Below, piece after piece: positions 10,141-23,000 of a stretch of 64,000 nt of DNA. This stretch comes from Eledone cirrhosa. Its lineage: Eukaryota. Made by a program: the position numbers and the translations under genes. The DNA is taken from NCBI GenBank assembly GCA_964016885.1, contig OZ024741.1, positions 87,296,001 to 87,360,000 of the forward strand, in the 5' to 3' direction. Below the pieces are notes generated by a model, which was given only the letters and a program-made list of their open reading frames with translations, ran no database searches and was not told the origin of the DNA. How positions within the stretch are numbered: the stretch's first letter is position 1; every line of letters begins with the position of its first letter.

Positions 10141-11870
10141 TCATAAATTAAAAATACTTCTGAAAGTGGAATTTTGGCGATGACTGCAAGTAGAAAATAA
10201 TTCTGTTTTAAGATTAATAGAGTTTTGACAGTTAATTTTATAACAAATTTCCTCGATACACAAGTTACATAATCTTGAGAAAGCCATATTTCGGTATGCA
10301 GGTGCTTTCGAAATAGTTACCCAAGATATTGAATAGTCTATATTATTGTCTTTTAAGTTCCAAATTAAATGTGAAAGTGAAGTGGAAGATTTTTTATCGG
10401 ATCTATTAAATGTGTGTTTATGGTTATTCCAGCGTTCTTTAAACTTTATAGAAGTGGCATCAATATAGTTAACAACTTTGTCTCTAGTTTTAACTGTGCA
10501 TTTATAAATTACGTTTTTGTCTAAGCAATTATTTTGTAAAGGGCAGTTTGATTTAATTCTACAGTTACATTTTCTGGAGTTGTTGTTCGGGACGGTACTA
10601 TTATTCTGAATATTGCTGTTAGAAATATTATTATTGCTATCTTGGTTAGTTTGGTTAGGGTTTACATTTAAGTTTCTATTATTAATTCTATTTATATTTT
10701 GTGCTATGTTCATAGTAGTAGGGTAGGATAGTTTTATAGTGTGTCTGTTAAAAATAGAGTGGTATCTGTGGGCTTTTGGAAAACATTTATCTAGTGCTTT
10801 AACAAACAGCTTTGCTAAAGGTATTTTAACGCTTAATGAGAATGGGGTGAGTACCAAATAATATTTCTAGTTCTAGTTTTTTTGTTTGGTTTAGTGTTTA
10901 AGTTAAATTGTTTATTATTATTATAATTAATTCTAGGATGATTTGTCATGTTATTGTTATCTATGTATTTAATTTTATTCGAGTATCCTGCTCTATGTAA
11001 AGCTTCATTGTAATATACTGCCTTATCATCAATAATATTTTTATTAGCAGAGATGCGTGAAATCCGTTGTTGGACGCTATTGACAATAGTGTTTTTAATA
11101 TTTCTAGGATGATTAGAATTGAAACTTACGTAATTTATATTTTCGTTAATTTTATGAAATGGATAGTAAAGACCTGTGTCAAGGTTTAAGGTTACATCTA
11201 AGAAGTTAACGATTTCGTAATTATTCTCGATTTCTAAATTAACGTAGTTGTTGAAAAATTGTATTATGGATTTCCTTTTCCTATTAATTTCACTATTGCT
11301 ATGTTTTTCAATTAAAAGTAACATATCGTCGCGATATAAACCCCCGGTCATCTCTGGCATTTTCCTATGCAGTACATTATTAATAAATAATCCAACGAGG
11401 TCCGTTGCTTGCGCCGAGTCAGATGATCCCATAGTGATATCAAAATTGTTTTTTCTGTCGGCTCTTGTCCAGAGATGATTATTAAATTATATTAGGGTTT
11501 TACGTGCTGTTAGAATTATATTCATTTCTTCACTAGATAGGTCTGTATGTTTAGACGCGTAGATAAGTGCCTTATTAAGTAAGCTAGGGGTAATAGAGGA
11601 GTAGTAATTTGCAATATCCATTTGAATGAATTTTTTGTTATGTTTTAATTTTATGTTATTTAACCAATTTATAACTTCATAGTTTAAGGTGTGATTTTTC
11701 TTTAACTAATATATGCTTGCTAATTATGCCTAAGTTCGATTTAGATGGTGCGATGAGTTTGACTGGAAGTTCAATTTCAAAATTTCTTTTGTGGTCCTTC
11801 AGGTTAATCTTCGGTTTTCTAGGTATAAAGGGTTCGGTCCTATTTTGGATGCCTAATGTATAAATAATTT
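10141..11870 (-). pseudogene. PLE RT + GIY-YIG ORF remnant with frameshifts
   Basis: Motifs FIQMDIANYYSSI, FDITMGSSDSAQATDLVG, GGLYRDD, FLDVTLNL, KCNCR..CPL..C, VIYKCTV..YIDAT..FKERWNNH, CNLC..CSH. Confidence 0.9.
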
Positions 11871-12062
11871 CCGAAGCTTATATATATATATATAAGTAAA
11901 CGGGGTATCGTATAAGGTAATCCAAGTAGAGGTTATGAGTAATCTGTACCGCGGATGATTCTAACGTTCGGCGTTGTTTGACTCGGCACGATGTTTATTT
12001 AGTTGTGGTTTTCGGGTAGCCGATTGCAGACAATTTCTCGGTAAACAGTTCCTGGAGTATTA

Positions 12063-12247
12063 ATAACTGTTTCTACTTTTGGCACAAGGCCAGCAATTAC
12101 TCAGTGTATTACTGGTACTTTATTTTATCGACCCCGTAAGGATGAAAGGCAAAGTTAACCTCGGCGGGATTTGAACTCAGAATGGCAAGGGACGTAACTC
12201 TATGCTGCAAAGCATGGCGTCCGACCCTCTACGGATACTGCCAATCA
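12063..12247 (-). mobile_element. tRNA-derived SINE
   Basis: Reverse complement of the 13043-13231 copy; Pol III A-box-like TGGCAGTATCCG and B-box GAGTTCAAATCC. Confidence 0.85.
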
Positions 12248-13042
12248 TTAATAATGAAGGAGTGAAGAGTAATACGTATAAGCTATACAATTGCTACTGT
12301 AGGCATAAAGTCGCCACCAAATTCTTAAGCTACAAACCAAAAATAAGCATGATTCGATCCAATAACCTTACTATTTGTATAGACAATATAATTCCCCAGA
12401 CTTATAACGTCTGCAAAATTGGCGCCACTGAACCACTCTAACATTTCTCTGATCACGATTAACGGACACCACACCGTAAATCCACCGTAACTCATCTTAG
12501 AAGCATAGACATTTATCTATCACCAACAACAATAAACAGACGGATCCACCAAAGACATCAATGGTTATACCATTAACCAATCGAATGCAAAGAACAAACT
12601 CCTAACCAATCAGACGCAAGAGAAGTTGGCATTCTAAGAACACTCTCACTGTGAATAAGTATTTTATCTTTATAGACACATCCCTTCAACTCCCTTTCCC
12701 TCACATATGGCACCAATCATCCAATATTGCCATTGGCACCCTCAATCTACACCCCACTAACTTAACCCCCCATCTTTATCACCTATCGGACATGTATATC
12801 CCTGCTTTTATCTTTCGGTATATCTTTCGGTTTACTTGTCTGTCCTTTACTATATTGTCTATCATACTATACAGTCCACCACCCTATTACTCTTTCATCC
12901 CAACTTCTGTGTACTTAAATCTCTATATATGTTCATTTTATTTTATTTTTATTTTTATTTTTTATTTTTTTACTTTTTTATTTTCTTATTTTATTTTTTA
13001 TTCTTATTTTATCTTATTTTATCTTATTATTTCTCATTTTAG

Positions 13043-13231
13043 GGCGGTGGATTGGCAGTATCAGTAGAGGGTCGGACGCCATGCTTTCCAGCATAGTTAC
13101 GTCCCTTTACGATCTGAGTTCAAATCCCGCCGAGGTTGACTTTGCCTTTCATCCTTACGGGGTCGATAACATAAAGTACCAGTAGTGCACTGGGTAATTG
13201 CTGGCCTTGTGCCTAAAGTAGAAACAATTAT
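13043..13231 (+). mobile_element. tRNA-derived SINE (full length)
   Basis: GGCGGTGGATTGGCAGTATCAG (A box)..GAGTTCAAATCCCGCC (B box), body GCCTTTCATCCTTACGGGGTCGATAA..AGTACCAG, and an ATT-type tail. Five copies occur in the window. Confidence 0.88.
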
Positions 13232-13448
13232 TTTTCATTTCACTATATTTTCATCTTATTATTTTTCATGTTATTTTCATATCATTGTCTGTACACCTCA
13301 GTATAAATGTGATAACAGTACTTAAAATCGAATGTCAAAGCAGCACCGCAGATAGCGATTTAGGACACACCGAGCCAATGAAACATTTGTTAATTCCTGG
13401 AATAAACCCTATTGTATAGCTTATCCGTCTTATTCTTCACTCCTTCAT

Positions 13449-13488
<40 letters not shown>

Positions 13489-13522
13489 CACACACACGCA
13501 CACACACACACACGCACACACA

Positions 13523-13624
<102 letters not shown>

Positions 13625-13949
13625 TTATGATATTCCAACTCCTCCTTCACAATTTTCCCCATCCTCCCCCACTTAACATTAATGGTGTGGTGGTGTTATA
13701 GATGAAGCTAACCTCCGGGAGGGGATGGCTGTCAAATACCACTATAACAACCACTGCCTAGTAGAGAGAAGGGGGTACAGGCTACTTTCAGAATTTGTTC
13801 CTACAACGATGATTTGCTATTTTTGACATTTAGCGGCAGTGGCGTAGGACAGGGCCAGACCTACACTTTCATCACAGCGCTATGGGTCATACAGGGACCA
13901 GCTGGTATAGAAGCAGCATCAAAAATTTTGCCATCCCATGTATCATGAA

Positions 13950-14150
13950 GCGGAGTTTCATGGTACGTTTCTGGAAGAGTTTCTACATAATCCCCTAACC
14001 GGAAATACCACTTTCCAGAAACCGAAATGGAGACTATAAACTTGGAGACACCCAGCTGGGCATCTTTCCCAAATTGATTTGATCATTTATAGGAAACAAT
14101 GGAGAAACAATATTCATGATTGTCAGGTACATACTTCCTCTGCGGGAAGT
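13950..14150 (+). pseudogene. LINE (RTE-like) AP-endonuclease fragment
   Basis: Translates NTTFQKPKWRL*TWRHPAGHLSQIDLIIYRKQWRNNIHDCQ, which matches the APE TW..SQID motif. Confidence 0.7.
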
Positions 14151-14379
14151 CAAAGTTAAACTCAGTCTTCACTCAAACAAGACATCCTATTAGAAACAGC
14201 TTTACTAAGGGAAGATGTCAACCTTGCAAGAACGATTGATGACTCATTGATTGATGACTTATTGCTGATAAGTTTGAATACTTGCCTGCTGTAAGAAAAA
14301 TTATGCCTGCTTTGTTTCCATCTATAACGAAGTGGGTGAGCAAATCCTATAATACGAATAACAATAATAACAAAAATAG

Positions 14380-14557
14380 TAAAAATAATTGTTCCTACCT
14401 TAGGCACAAGGCCAGCATAGTAATAATAGTAATAATTGTTTCTACGTTTGGCACAAGGCCAGCAATTACCCAGTGCATTACTGGTACTTTATTTTATCGA
14501 CCCCGTAAGGATGAAAGGCAAAGTTAACCTCGGCGGGATTTGAACTCAGAATGGGAA
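14380..14557 (-). mobile_element. Same SINE, head-truncated, with duplicated tail
   Basis: GGCACAAGGCCAGCA appears twice, followed by the SINE body up to the B box. Confidence 0.82.
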
Positions 14558-15638
14558 GGGCCGTAATAATAGTAATAATGGTAATAATAATAATTATTAT
14601 TATAGTGACCAGTAACTATCATAATGGCCACTATAATAATAATAACCCCATCAGTAAAATGAACAAAAATTGCACGTGACTGTATGTGTGTGTGGGGGGG
14701 GGGGGGGCGTGTGTATGTGTGTGTGTACATGCATATATGCGTTGGGTTATTATGGTTCAGTCAGTAACCGTGTGTACAAATATATTTTCTTTATTTTGAA
14801 TAAATATATTTCCTTATATTTATTCTTGTGTTGTGTGGGTCTGGGGTGTGTGTCTTAGCAATACCGATTTTATTACCTTCTCTGTTCGGGTACTGAGGCT
14901 CATCTGATAACATAACGGCAACAACAACAATAGCAATAATGATGATGATAAATATTTCATTAACAATAATATTACCTTGTTAATGAAATTATACGCTTGT
15001 GTGTGTGGATAGTTAGAGGTCTATTCAGACGTGGTTTGTAATTTTGTATAAATATTTCTTTATTTATTTGTGTTTGATCAATGGCATTATGTGGACAACG
15101 TATTAGTGGGAAGACCTGGAATTTAGGGGACAAATCTAAATGTTCACTAAGTGGTATACATATAATCATATATATCTGTGTGATGTTGAGGGACGTGAGA
15201 ATCAGTACACAGTAGCGAAGTAGGGTTTAAATATTCTTTATGGCTAAGTGATAAGTTTAGTCCTATTTAATAGTAAGATCTTAGCAATTTTTCTTTCAAT
15301 ATATATATATATATATATATATGTTTGTTTAATAACATCTAGTTAAGAGCTTTTATTCGGTTTGTGTAAAGGATATAAATCCTTTGTTCAAATTTTAAAT
15401 TTGACCGCCAAAATTGGGGTTACCTCCCTTCGGATAAACCACGTGACTACTGGCGGTGTTTACTGCTAGTTCTTACAACCGGTGGCGGCAGAACGAAAAC
15501 TTGTTGACGAAGTAAATTCTACTGTTCTATCTTCCAAAACCAATAACTTGCAGGCCCCTGCAAATGGATTTTGTTGATTTCGGATTTACAGAAACCTAGC
15601 GGAGATATTATATAATATTTCCACGATGGTCCAGGTAT

Positions 15639-15849
15639 GTCAAAATTTTCCTGAGTCGGTTTTTTTCGTTTTTCTGGTCCTAGCGGCTCGCTTTTCGGTC
15701 GCTGGCTTCAATTTGCATAGCTGTCTAAACGTAATGTTACAACTCTAATGTAAAATTCCTTATTGAGTGCTTTAGCTGCACTTCCCAATCCCGACTGCAT
15801 TCGTTAGCTTGGCTGCAACCAGAGCTTCGATTATGCTGTACTTCCTTCT

Positions 15850-15851
<2 letters not shown>
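15639..15851. repeat. ~210-bp dispersed repeat ending at (TA)n (second copy 21178-21384)
   Basis: TCTGGTCCTAGCGGCTCGCTTTTCG..TTGCATAGCTGTCTAAACGTAATGTTA..GCAACCAGAGCTTCGAT is shared by both copies. Confidence 0.8.
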
Positions 15852-15924
<73 letters not shown>

Positions 15925-16524
15925 TGGAAATAGCACGGAAAATATATTTAAGGGTCTGTTTTTCTTTTTTTTCCCCTTTCTTTGTCAAAGTGACATTATT
16001 GAAAAAATGAGAGGGACAATTCTTTTAAAAAAGAAGTTTATAATGTATATAAAGTATATCAAGTATAACCGGTTTCGATGTATTAGTAAAATTCAACTTA
16101 TCAATGACAATTAGAGAATTAATAAGAATTAAAAACTAAAAATTAAAGTGTTGAGGTAATTTTTTTTAATATTGAAAATACCAAAGTGGTGCTTATTGGG
16201 AAGGCACAGAAGCAACCAATCCAACTGTAGGACCAGACTCTGGAAACCGTTTATACCCTCGCAGACGAGGGCAGTGCCTCTGCTAAAGATGGCAATTCAA
16301 GAATCGATGGGAAAAAGACATTCGGGAAAACAGCAGATATTTTCAGCATTCGATCTCTGTATTTTTCAACTATTATTCCAGTCAAGTCTCAATGCTCTGC
16401 CTGTTTATCTTAATCGTTATGCCCGTCAGGTTTCCGTGTAGATTCTGACATATACTTAGTTATATAGCCACTAGTGCATGGATGGAGTTTAAAGTTTTCA
16501 TTCACAAATTCTATATACCATAGA

Positions 16525-16800
16525 GTTTACCTTAGGACCATACTTAGGATTTCTTGGCGTGGCCATATCACGAATGAGAAGGTCATGGTAAGGCCTGGCT
16601 GAGTAATTTACGGGATACCGTTATCATACGACGGTGGAAGATGCTTTGCTACGTGCTATGCATACCCACGAAGAGACCAGTAGTGTCCTCACTCGAATGG
16701 AAACCAGGAGGAGATATATGAGGCATGGCCCACCCCTCACAATCTGGTTTAAACCTGTGGAGGAAGACCTGAGAACAGGCCTGTGACAATGTTTGTGGCT
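16525..16800 (+). pseudogene. RTE-like LINE, C-terminal coding fragment
   Basis: YLRTILRISWRGHITNEKV and IRRWKMLCYVLCIP..LEWKPGG resemble the post-RT region of RTE elements. Confidence 0.6.
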
Positions 16801-17003
16801 GTGAAGAGTGGAGATTACTCATTGTCAAATATTCCATAGGGAGGAAAAGGGTACTACGGACATGTGGTGAGAATGTCTCGGGAAAGAATCGGTGCATAAA
16901 TTTCACGGGCAAAGTCAATCGGCAGGAAACCTAGATTAGACTAAAAGCTTGATGGTTGCATAACATCTATGAGATCGGTTGGTTTCGCTTGGGGATCTAG
17001 TCG

Positions 17004-17080
17004 GAAGAAGAAGAAGAAGAAGAAGAAGAAGAAGAAGAAGAAGAAGAAGAAGAAGAAGAAGAAGAAGAAGAAGAAGAAGA
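17004..17080. repeat. (GAA)n microsatellite
   Basis: Pure GAA run. Confidence 0.97.
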
Positions 17081-17351
17081 CAGTCAATGATTAAAGCTGG
17101 AATGCCTTTAATCACTGGGTTGACCTACATAACAATAATAACAATATTAGATATATAATAACCATGAAGTTATTATCAATAATTAAAGGTAAAATCGATA
17201 GTTGGGAAAGGAATCGTTCATTTCACTAACATATGCATCTGTTATATGCTGGAGAGGAAACTAATAAAAAATGTTGTTGAACTTTGTAAAATCAAGTTCG
17301 TTTCTAATTTAAAAAAATAAAATTGTCTATCTATCTGTGATAATAATGGTT

Positions 17352-17722
17352 CGTTTTTTCAAATATCATTTTGGAAGAAGAATCAGGATGGAGAGAGAGG
17401 TGCTGTACCCCAGCAAATTTTATAAAAGGTGGGTGAATGTGGCAAAGATGGCCCGAGTGGTTGGGCCTTCTCTCTATATAAGTCTGTAGGTTGAGGAAAA
17501 AGAGGAAGAGAGGAAGGGAGTACTCACTCTTGGTGCTCCTGGAGATGAGGGTTGTACATTTTTTCGGGGTGTATACAACCCCCGTGTAACGCCTCCCCCC
17601 TATTGGGGATTTCAATTGTTATTTGTTATTTTATTAATAGTTTTATTTTCATATACCTGTATGTAAACTCCCCATTTGTATTTGTCCCCTTCTTTTGTGC
17701 CCTTGTGGCTAATAAAGAAATA
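17352..17722 (+). mobile_element. 5'-truncated L1/Tx1-like LINE 3' end with 20-bp target-site duplication
   Basis: TATCTGTGATAATAATGGTT occurs at 17332-17351 and 17723-17742. The insert begins FFKYHFGRRIRMEREVL..FYKRWVNVAKMARV and ends AATAAAGAAA. Confidence 0.72.
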
Positions 17723-18000
17723 TATCTGTGATAATAATGGTTTACTGCATAAAAGACGTTTCATTCATTTCCTGGCTACCTAATTTGGTTCATTTTGTAT
17801 TCATTTGTTCCCCCAAGTTTTTATTTGGACTTGTTTTATTTGGTTTTCTTTTACTTTTTGTTTAATTTTCTTTGCTCTGAGTAAATTACGCCACTACAGA
17901 CATGTTTTGTATGAGAATCCTAATTATATATTTATTTAACTTGTGTGGTTGTGAATTTAGAGAGTATGTTCGGGCATATACTAAGGAGACACAAACACTC

Positions 18001-18070
<70 letters not shown>
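18001..18070. repeat. (ATCT)n microsatellite
   Basis: Pure tetranucleotide run. Confidence 0.97.
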
Positions 18071-18619
18071 TTACCTGTCTCTCTCTCTGTCTCTGTCTCT
18101 ATATGTTTCTCTCTATATACACCCGCAAATGTGTGTGTGTAATAAATGATAAGATATTCGGAAAGCCGATACAACACGGATGGAAATATAAAGGTGGTAC
18201 TGGAGTAAAGGATGACAAAACAAAAAACAAAATATTATTTTTATTCAATATATTTCTTCTTGATATGTCAAGGTAAAAATACCTTCTTTTCAAATGAATG
18301 CAGAAAAATGAGGTATCGAACATAAATGTCAAGGCAGCAGAGAAAGAGTGTCAGGGTTCCTTCAGCAAATCAGTATTAAAGCAAGACAATTACCAATCTG
18401 AGACCACATGGACCACCTTAGTACTAGGTTCAATGACATTACTACTAAGATCCAAGAATATACTCCATAGTTTAGAGAAGCTCATGTTTCGGGTGTGCAT
18501 GAGTTTCAAATATGCAAAAATCCGGTTTTGGGTTTTGAAGAAAGGAAAAGGGACAAACATTTTCCACTTCAAGCTTCAGTCCATCGGTCACAGAAAGATC
18601 AGTGAGGACTCTGAATAAG

Positions 18620-19970
18620 GTATTCAACTGCAGTCTGAAATGACAAACTCTACCAAGGCGTTGGCGCTTACGTGGAGGTTTAGTTGAGAGCTATAGACAG
18701 ACCATGGCTCATGGGAGGACTCAAGTCATCGGTTTACAAACATGGAGCATTCCCGAGAATCTTCTGATTCTTGCTCATCTATGAAGTCCCCATGAGCGCA
18801 TTTTTATAGATGTCTTGACTTGTCCAACTCTGTAGTGAAAAATTCATAGTGACTAAGATACGTGAACATATTCAGTACACTGGATCAAATGTCTCCAACG
18901 TAGCCAATACGGGACCTTTTTGAGAGTGTAACACAGAGCAGAGTCGGACTCGATTGGTTAATATCAACTCTATGTAATACTACAAAGAGGAAGAAAAGAT
19001 GGCAAAAGAAAAGTTGGGAGCTTCCGTGGAAGAAGATCGAGTACGCAGTGCAATGGTAATGCGAAAATAGTGTGCTTGGATGGAGAGGGAATAGATGATG
19101 GAGCGGGGTGCTACATGGCAGAGCATCAAGAAGTGAAACCCACAGAGGCTAACGTTCTTGATTCGAATTGTCTTTGATGTCCTCCCCTGGCCGATTCAAT
19201 TTGATTTCTTTTGATATAGTACAAACCCAAACATTCCCGCATTGTTTCAAATCAAATACCCTCGAACACATCCCGAGAAGCTGTCCCAAGCCACAGGGGT
19301 GATGGTACTATCTGTGGAGATATGCTCAGCTCCTCAAGATCATCAATGAGCTGATCAGCAAGGAGATAAACGCCAGAAGACACACGCACACTACATCCTT
19401 TAGTAAGGAAAGAGGACGACCGCTGAAAAGACACAAGTACTGTTACGCTGGTTTGCTTACGACTGTCTCATGACAGTCGACTTAGAGAGGCGGCTGAAAA
19501 TTTCATAATATATCACTCAATCCTAGTTGAGATTAAACATCGTCTTGATTTATGAAGTAACCATACATCTCATTTTACTAGAGTTAACTATTGCCTGGGA
19601 TATGGGGTTAGAAGAGGCGCAAGAAAGGAAGAGAGCAAAAGATCAGTTGGTAGATGTTTGCCGCAGGAATGACTGGACTACCAAGAGCATGCCAGTTGTG
19701 GTTGGAAGTCGAGAGTAAGGCCAATTGAAACCTGGGTATTGTAGGAATGAATAGGAGAGAAACCATCTAAATAAAAACAAAAAAAAAAAACGTGGAAGCA
19801 CCATCTAAATGGCTCTGACTGAAAAAAAGTGACAGGCTAGGTCAATAGAATTCCATTTGGATACAGGTTAAGGCCATATCAAACTCAGTTTGGTCATCTG
19901 GTTGAGGTTATATGCTGTAAGAGACAAAACGGCCACAAGATATACTAATGATGTGTCCGTGTATTTGCAT
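18620..19970 (+). mobile_element. Decayed HERO-like (R2-group, restriction-like endonuclease) non-LTR retrotransposon 3' half
   Basis: RLTFLIRIVFDVLP, TLEHI, and LRLNIVL..LILLELTIAWDMGLEEAQERKRAK..MPVVVGSR, a degenerate RPD..ELTVPWE..ERK..PVEVGCRG RLE motif. Many stop codons. Confidence 0.7.
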
Positions 19971-20310
19971 CGGTATATACATGAAGAACTAGTTCTAAGT
20001 TTGGTTTAGCTTCTTCTAACTATATCTATTTTTATCAAGCACTCTAAACGACTTTGTATGAAAATATTTCCTAAGTGTGTTCAGAGATATATATTAGTAT
20101 CGTTATTTTGATAGATGATATCTGAAATTTCATCAATATGGAATTCGGATGTTCGAGCACTCTAATGTGTAAAGATTTCCAACTAATTTGGAATTCACAT
20201 TTCAACGATATCCTTTGCTATATAAAGTGTAATTTTAAATACATTTTCTCTATGTGTCGCCCGATAATGAAAGTAGAGCATGTTATATATTTTCCTTCCC
20301 ACCCATTAAA

Positions 20311-20457
<147 letters not shown>

Positions 20458-20895
20458 ATTATTCAAATTCCGTTTGTTTAATCAATTAAATTGATTGTTT
20501 AACAATAATCAAAGACTGCTTACAGTAGTGTTTACTCAACGTACGAATTATTCCAATTGGTAGTTCTTGTGGTAGTTATATAGTTTCCAAGTATAACAAT
20601 TTACGCAGTATCTATAGAAAATTACAAAATATTATAAAAAACACCATAATCCAGATGAGTGGGAATAACTTTTTTTGCGTAACACTTACACGTGTTTCAT
20701 CATATGTATTACATATACGTCTTGGACCGCTAGTTCCTGATTATTTCATTATTTTAATGAAAATTGATTCGCATCCAACTACTTAGATATGTAGTCACAA
20801 TGAATTTTGAAAATTCATTAAGTACATTTTTGTAATTTTCTGTCACACACATACACACGCGCGCACAGACACACACACACACACATACACCCCCC

Positions 20896-20933
<38 letters not shown>

Positions 20934-20960
20934 TCTATATATATATATATATATATATTC

Positions 20961-21007
<47 letters not shown>

Positions 21008-21062
21008 GTAGATAAATCTACCAAAAGTTTACGGTAGTGTCCAATCCGTATGAATTTTTTAA

Positions 21063-21121
<59 letters not shown>

Positions 21122-21177
21122 TATATATATATTATATACACACACACATATATATGTATATATATATATATATAACA

Positions 21178-21384
21178 GTCAAACTTTTCCCTGGGTCGGT
21201 TTTTTCGTTGTTCTGGTCCTAGCGGCTCGCTTTTCGCTCGCTGGCTTCACTTGCATAGCTGTCTAAACGTAATGTTATAACTCTACGGTAAAATTCCTTA
21301 TTGAGTGCTTTTGGCTGCACTTCCCGACAGCATTCGTTAGCTTGCCCGCAACCAGAGCTTCGATCATGCTGTACTACTTTCTTG
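21178..21384. repeat. Second copy of the ~210-bp (TA)n-associated dispersed repeat
   Basis: Aligns with 15639-15851 in the same orientation. Confidence 0.8.
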
Positions 21385-21439
<55 letters not shown>

Positions 21440-21979
21440 TACTCTTCTACTCTTTTACCTCTGTTCCAGCCATCCGGCTGAGGCCATGCTGGGGCACCGC
21501 ATATATATTATATTTAGTTTATATATCTATATATATAGAAATAAATCTACCAAAATAAACGGTAGTGTCCAATCCGTATGAAGAACTCAATGTAATCCAA
21601 ATATAGAAGATATCATGAAAAGAGAAAATGCATTAAAAAATTAATGATAAAAATCATAGGAAAACAGAGTCAAGATAAATTAATAAAAACAATGAAAAAA
21701 TAACAAAGAACAGATTCCTTATATTGAAAAATTCATCATTTTACGATCGTTTCTGTGATATATATGTGTGTTGGTATGTATATCATGTTAAAGATCTATG
21801 TAAAAAAATATTACAAATTATCAGAGGAGATATACATACCTTCACCTATACATGCCATCTTCAGAAATGATGAATTATGTTTATTGAAAGAAACAAAGTA
21901 TTAATATAAAAAGTCTGTTTGGGAACAGGTTTTGAATTGACCAATAGAAAAGAGTTAGAGGTTAAGTTGATAGAGTAGG

Positions 21980-23000
21980 CGGAGGTGGTGAATGTCAACC
22001 ACGATGCTGAGAGCTTTGTAGCCTGCGTCACGGACGTGCGGTCCATTCTCTACCAGGTACAGGTGACTCCTAAAGAGAATGTCCTCATCCTCGCGTCACC
22101 AATCCACACGCCGGCTATCCGCTCTACCATCAAGTCCAGGCTCCAACAATTCAAAACCCTCACGAGCTGACTGGGCATGATTGACGCCCACTAAGCCCTC
22201 TTCCTGTTGAGGAACTGCATCGCCATGCCGAAGCTCCTCCATATTCTTCGCAGCGCTCCGTGCTACAGCCACGCATCTTTCCTTGCTGACCTCGACATTT
22301 GTATCCGAGCGGCAGCTGAGAAGATATGCAACGTCAGATTTGACGATATTGGATGGCAACAGGCCACCTTACTTGTTAGATATGGTGGCCTTAGCCTCTG
22401 TTCCCCGATCTCGCTGGCTTTGCCGGCGTTTCTTTCGTCGGTAACCTCGTGCCGCGTCCTCGTCAACAGGGTTCTCCTAAACACAATGGAACCCACTGTG
22501 ATCGAGAAACGCGAGGCCGCCTGCGAGACGTGGAACCAGCTTGGATATAACCCAGAAGACGTCCCTCCTCCTTCTCCTCCTGCTGACGTCAAGTCTCCCC
22601 AGAGTATTTGGGATGCCATCCAGTGCAACCTGGCTTCAGACAGGCTAGCGCACCAGCTAGACCAGCACCGCCTTGCATGTGGATCTGCGAACCACACACA
22701 TGTTGCTGCGGATCCACCATGGAATCTTTCGCCCTCCACCCGCTTTCCTGTCGCTACAGTGCCGGCGCCTTCCACGCTATGCTGCCCTCAACGAGCTCAT
22801 AAAGCACGTTTGCGGTCGTTCTCCTGGCTGTGGAGACTGCTTGTGTCCTTGGTCCGATGGTTACCTTCCTACTTACCACCATAGGCGCTGAGCTGGCTAG
22901 CCGCATGTGTGAGCCTCGCGAGATGGACTGGCTCTTCCAGCGCATCTCCTTTATCATCCTCCGGAAAAATGCCTTCTCCATTCTGTCCACCGGGACCGTG
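21980..23000 (+). mobile_element. CRE-clade-like non-LTR retrotransposon fragment, internally deleted
   Basis: GC-rich island encoding ALFLLRNCIAMPKLLHILRSAP..WQQATL.VRYGGLSL..LALPAFLSS and the C-terminal WLFQRISFIILRKNAFSIL. Confidence 0.72.

Larger units (their letters stand above)
8889..11878 (-). mobile_element. Second Naiad-like Penelope-like retroelement, 5'-truncated, between (TA)n tracts
   Basis: RT + GIY-YIG remnant. Its terminal ~170 bp (8890-9060) is homologous to 463-645 of the first element. Confidence 0.88.

Noticed and set aside
1559-11870. Selenocysteine-encoding Naiad elements
   Set aside because: The conserved Cys positions (CNC, CPL..C, CxLC, CxH) are ordinary Cys codons in both copies, with no in-frame TGA at those sites.
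13043-13130. tRNA gene
   Set aside because: A and B boxes are present but there is no cloverleaf. It is the head of a SINE repeated five times with a common body and tail.
18110-18620. Possible Tc1/mariner relic
   Set aside because: No TIR pair or DDD/E motif could be identified with confidence.
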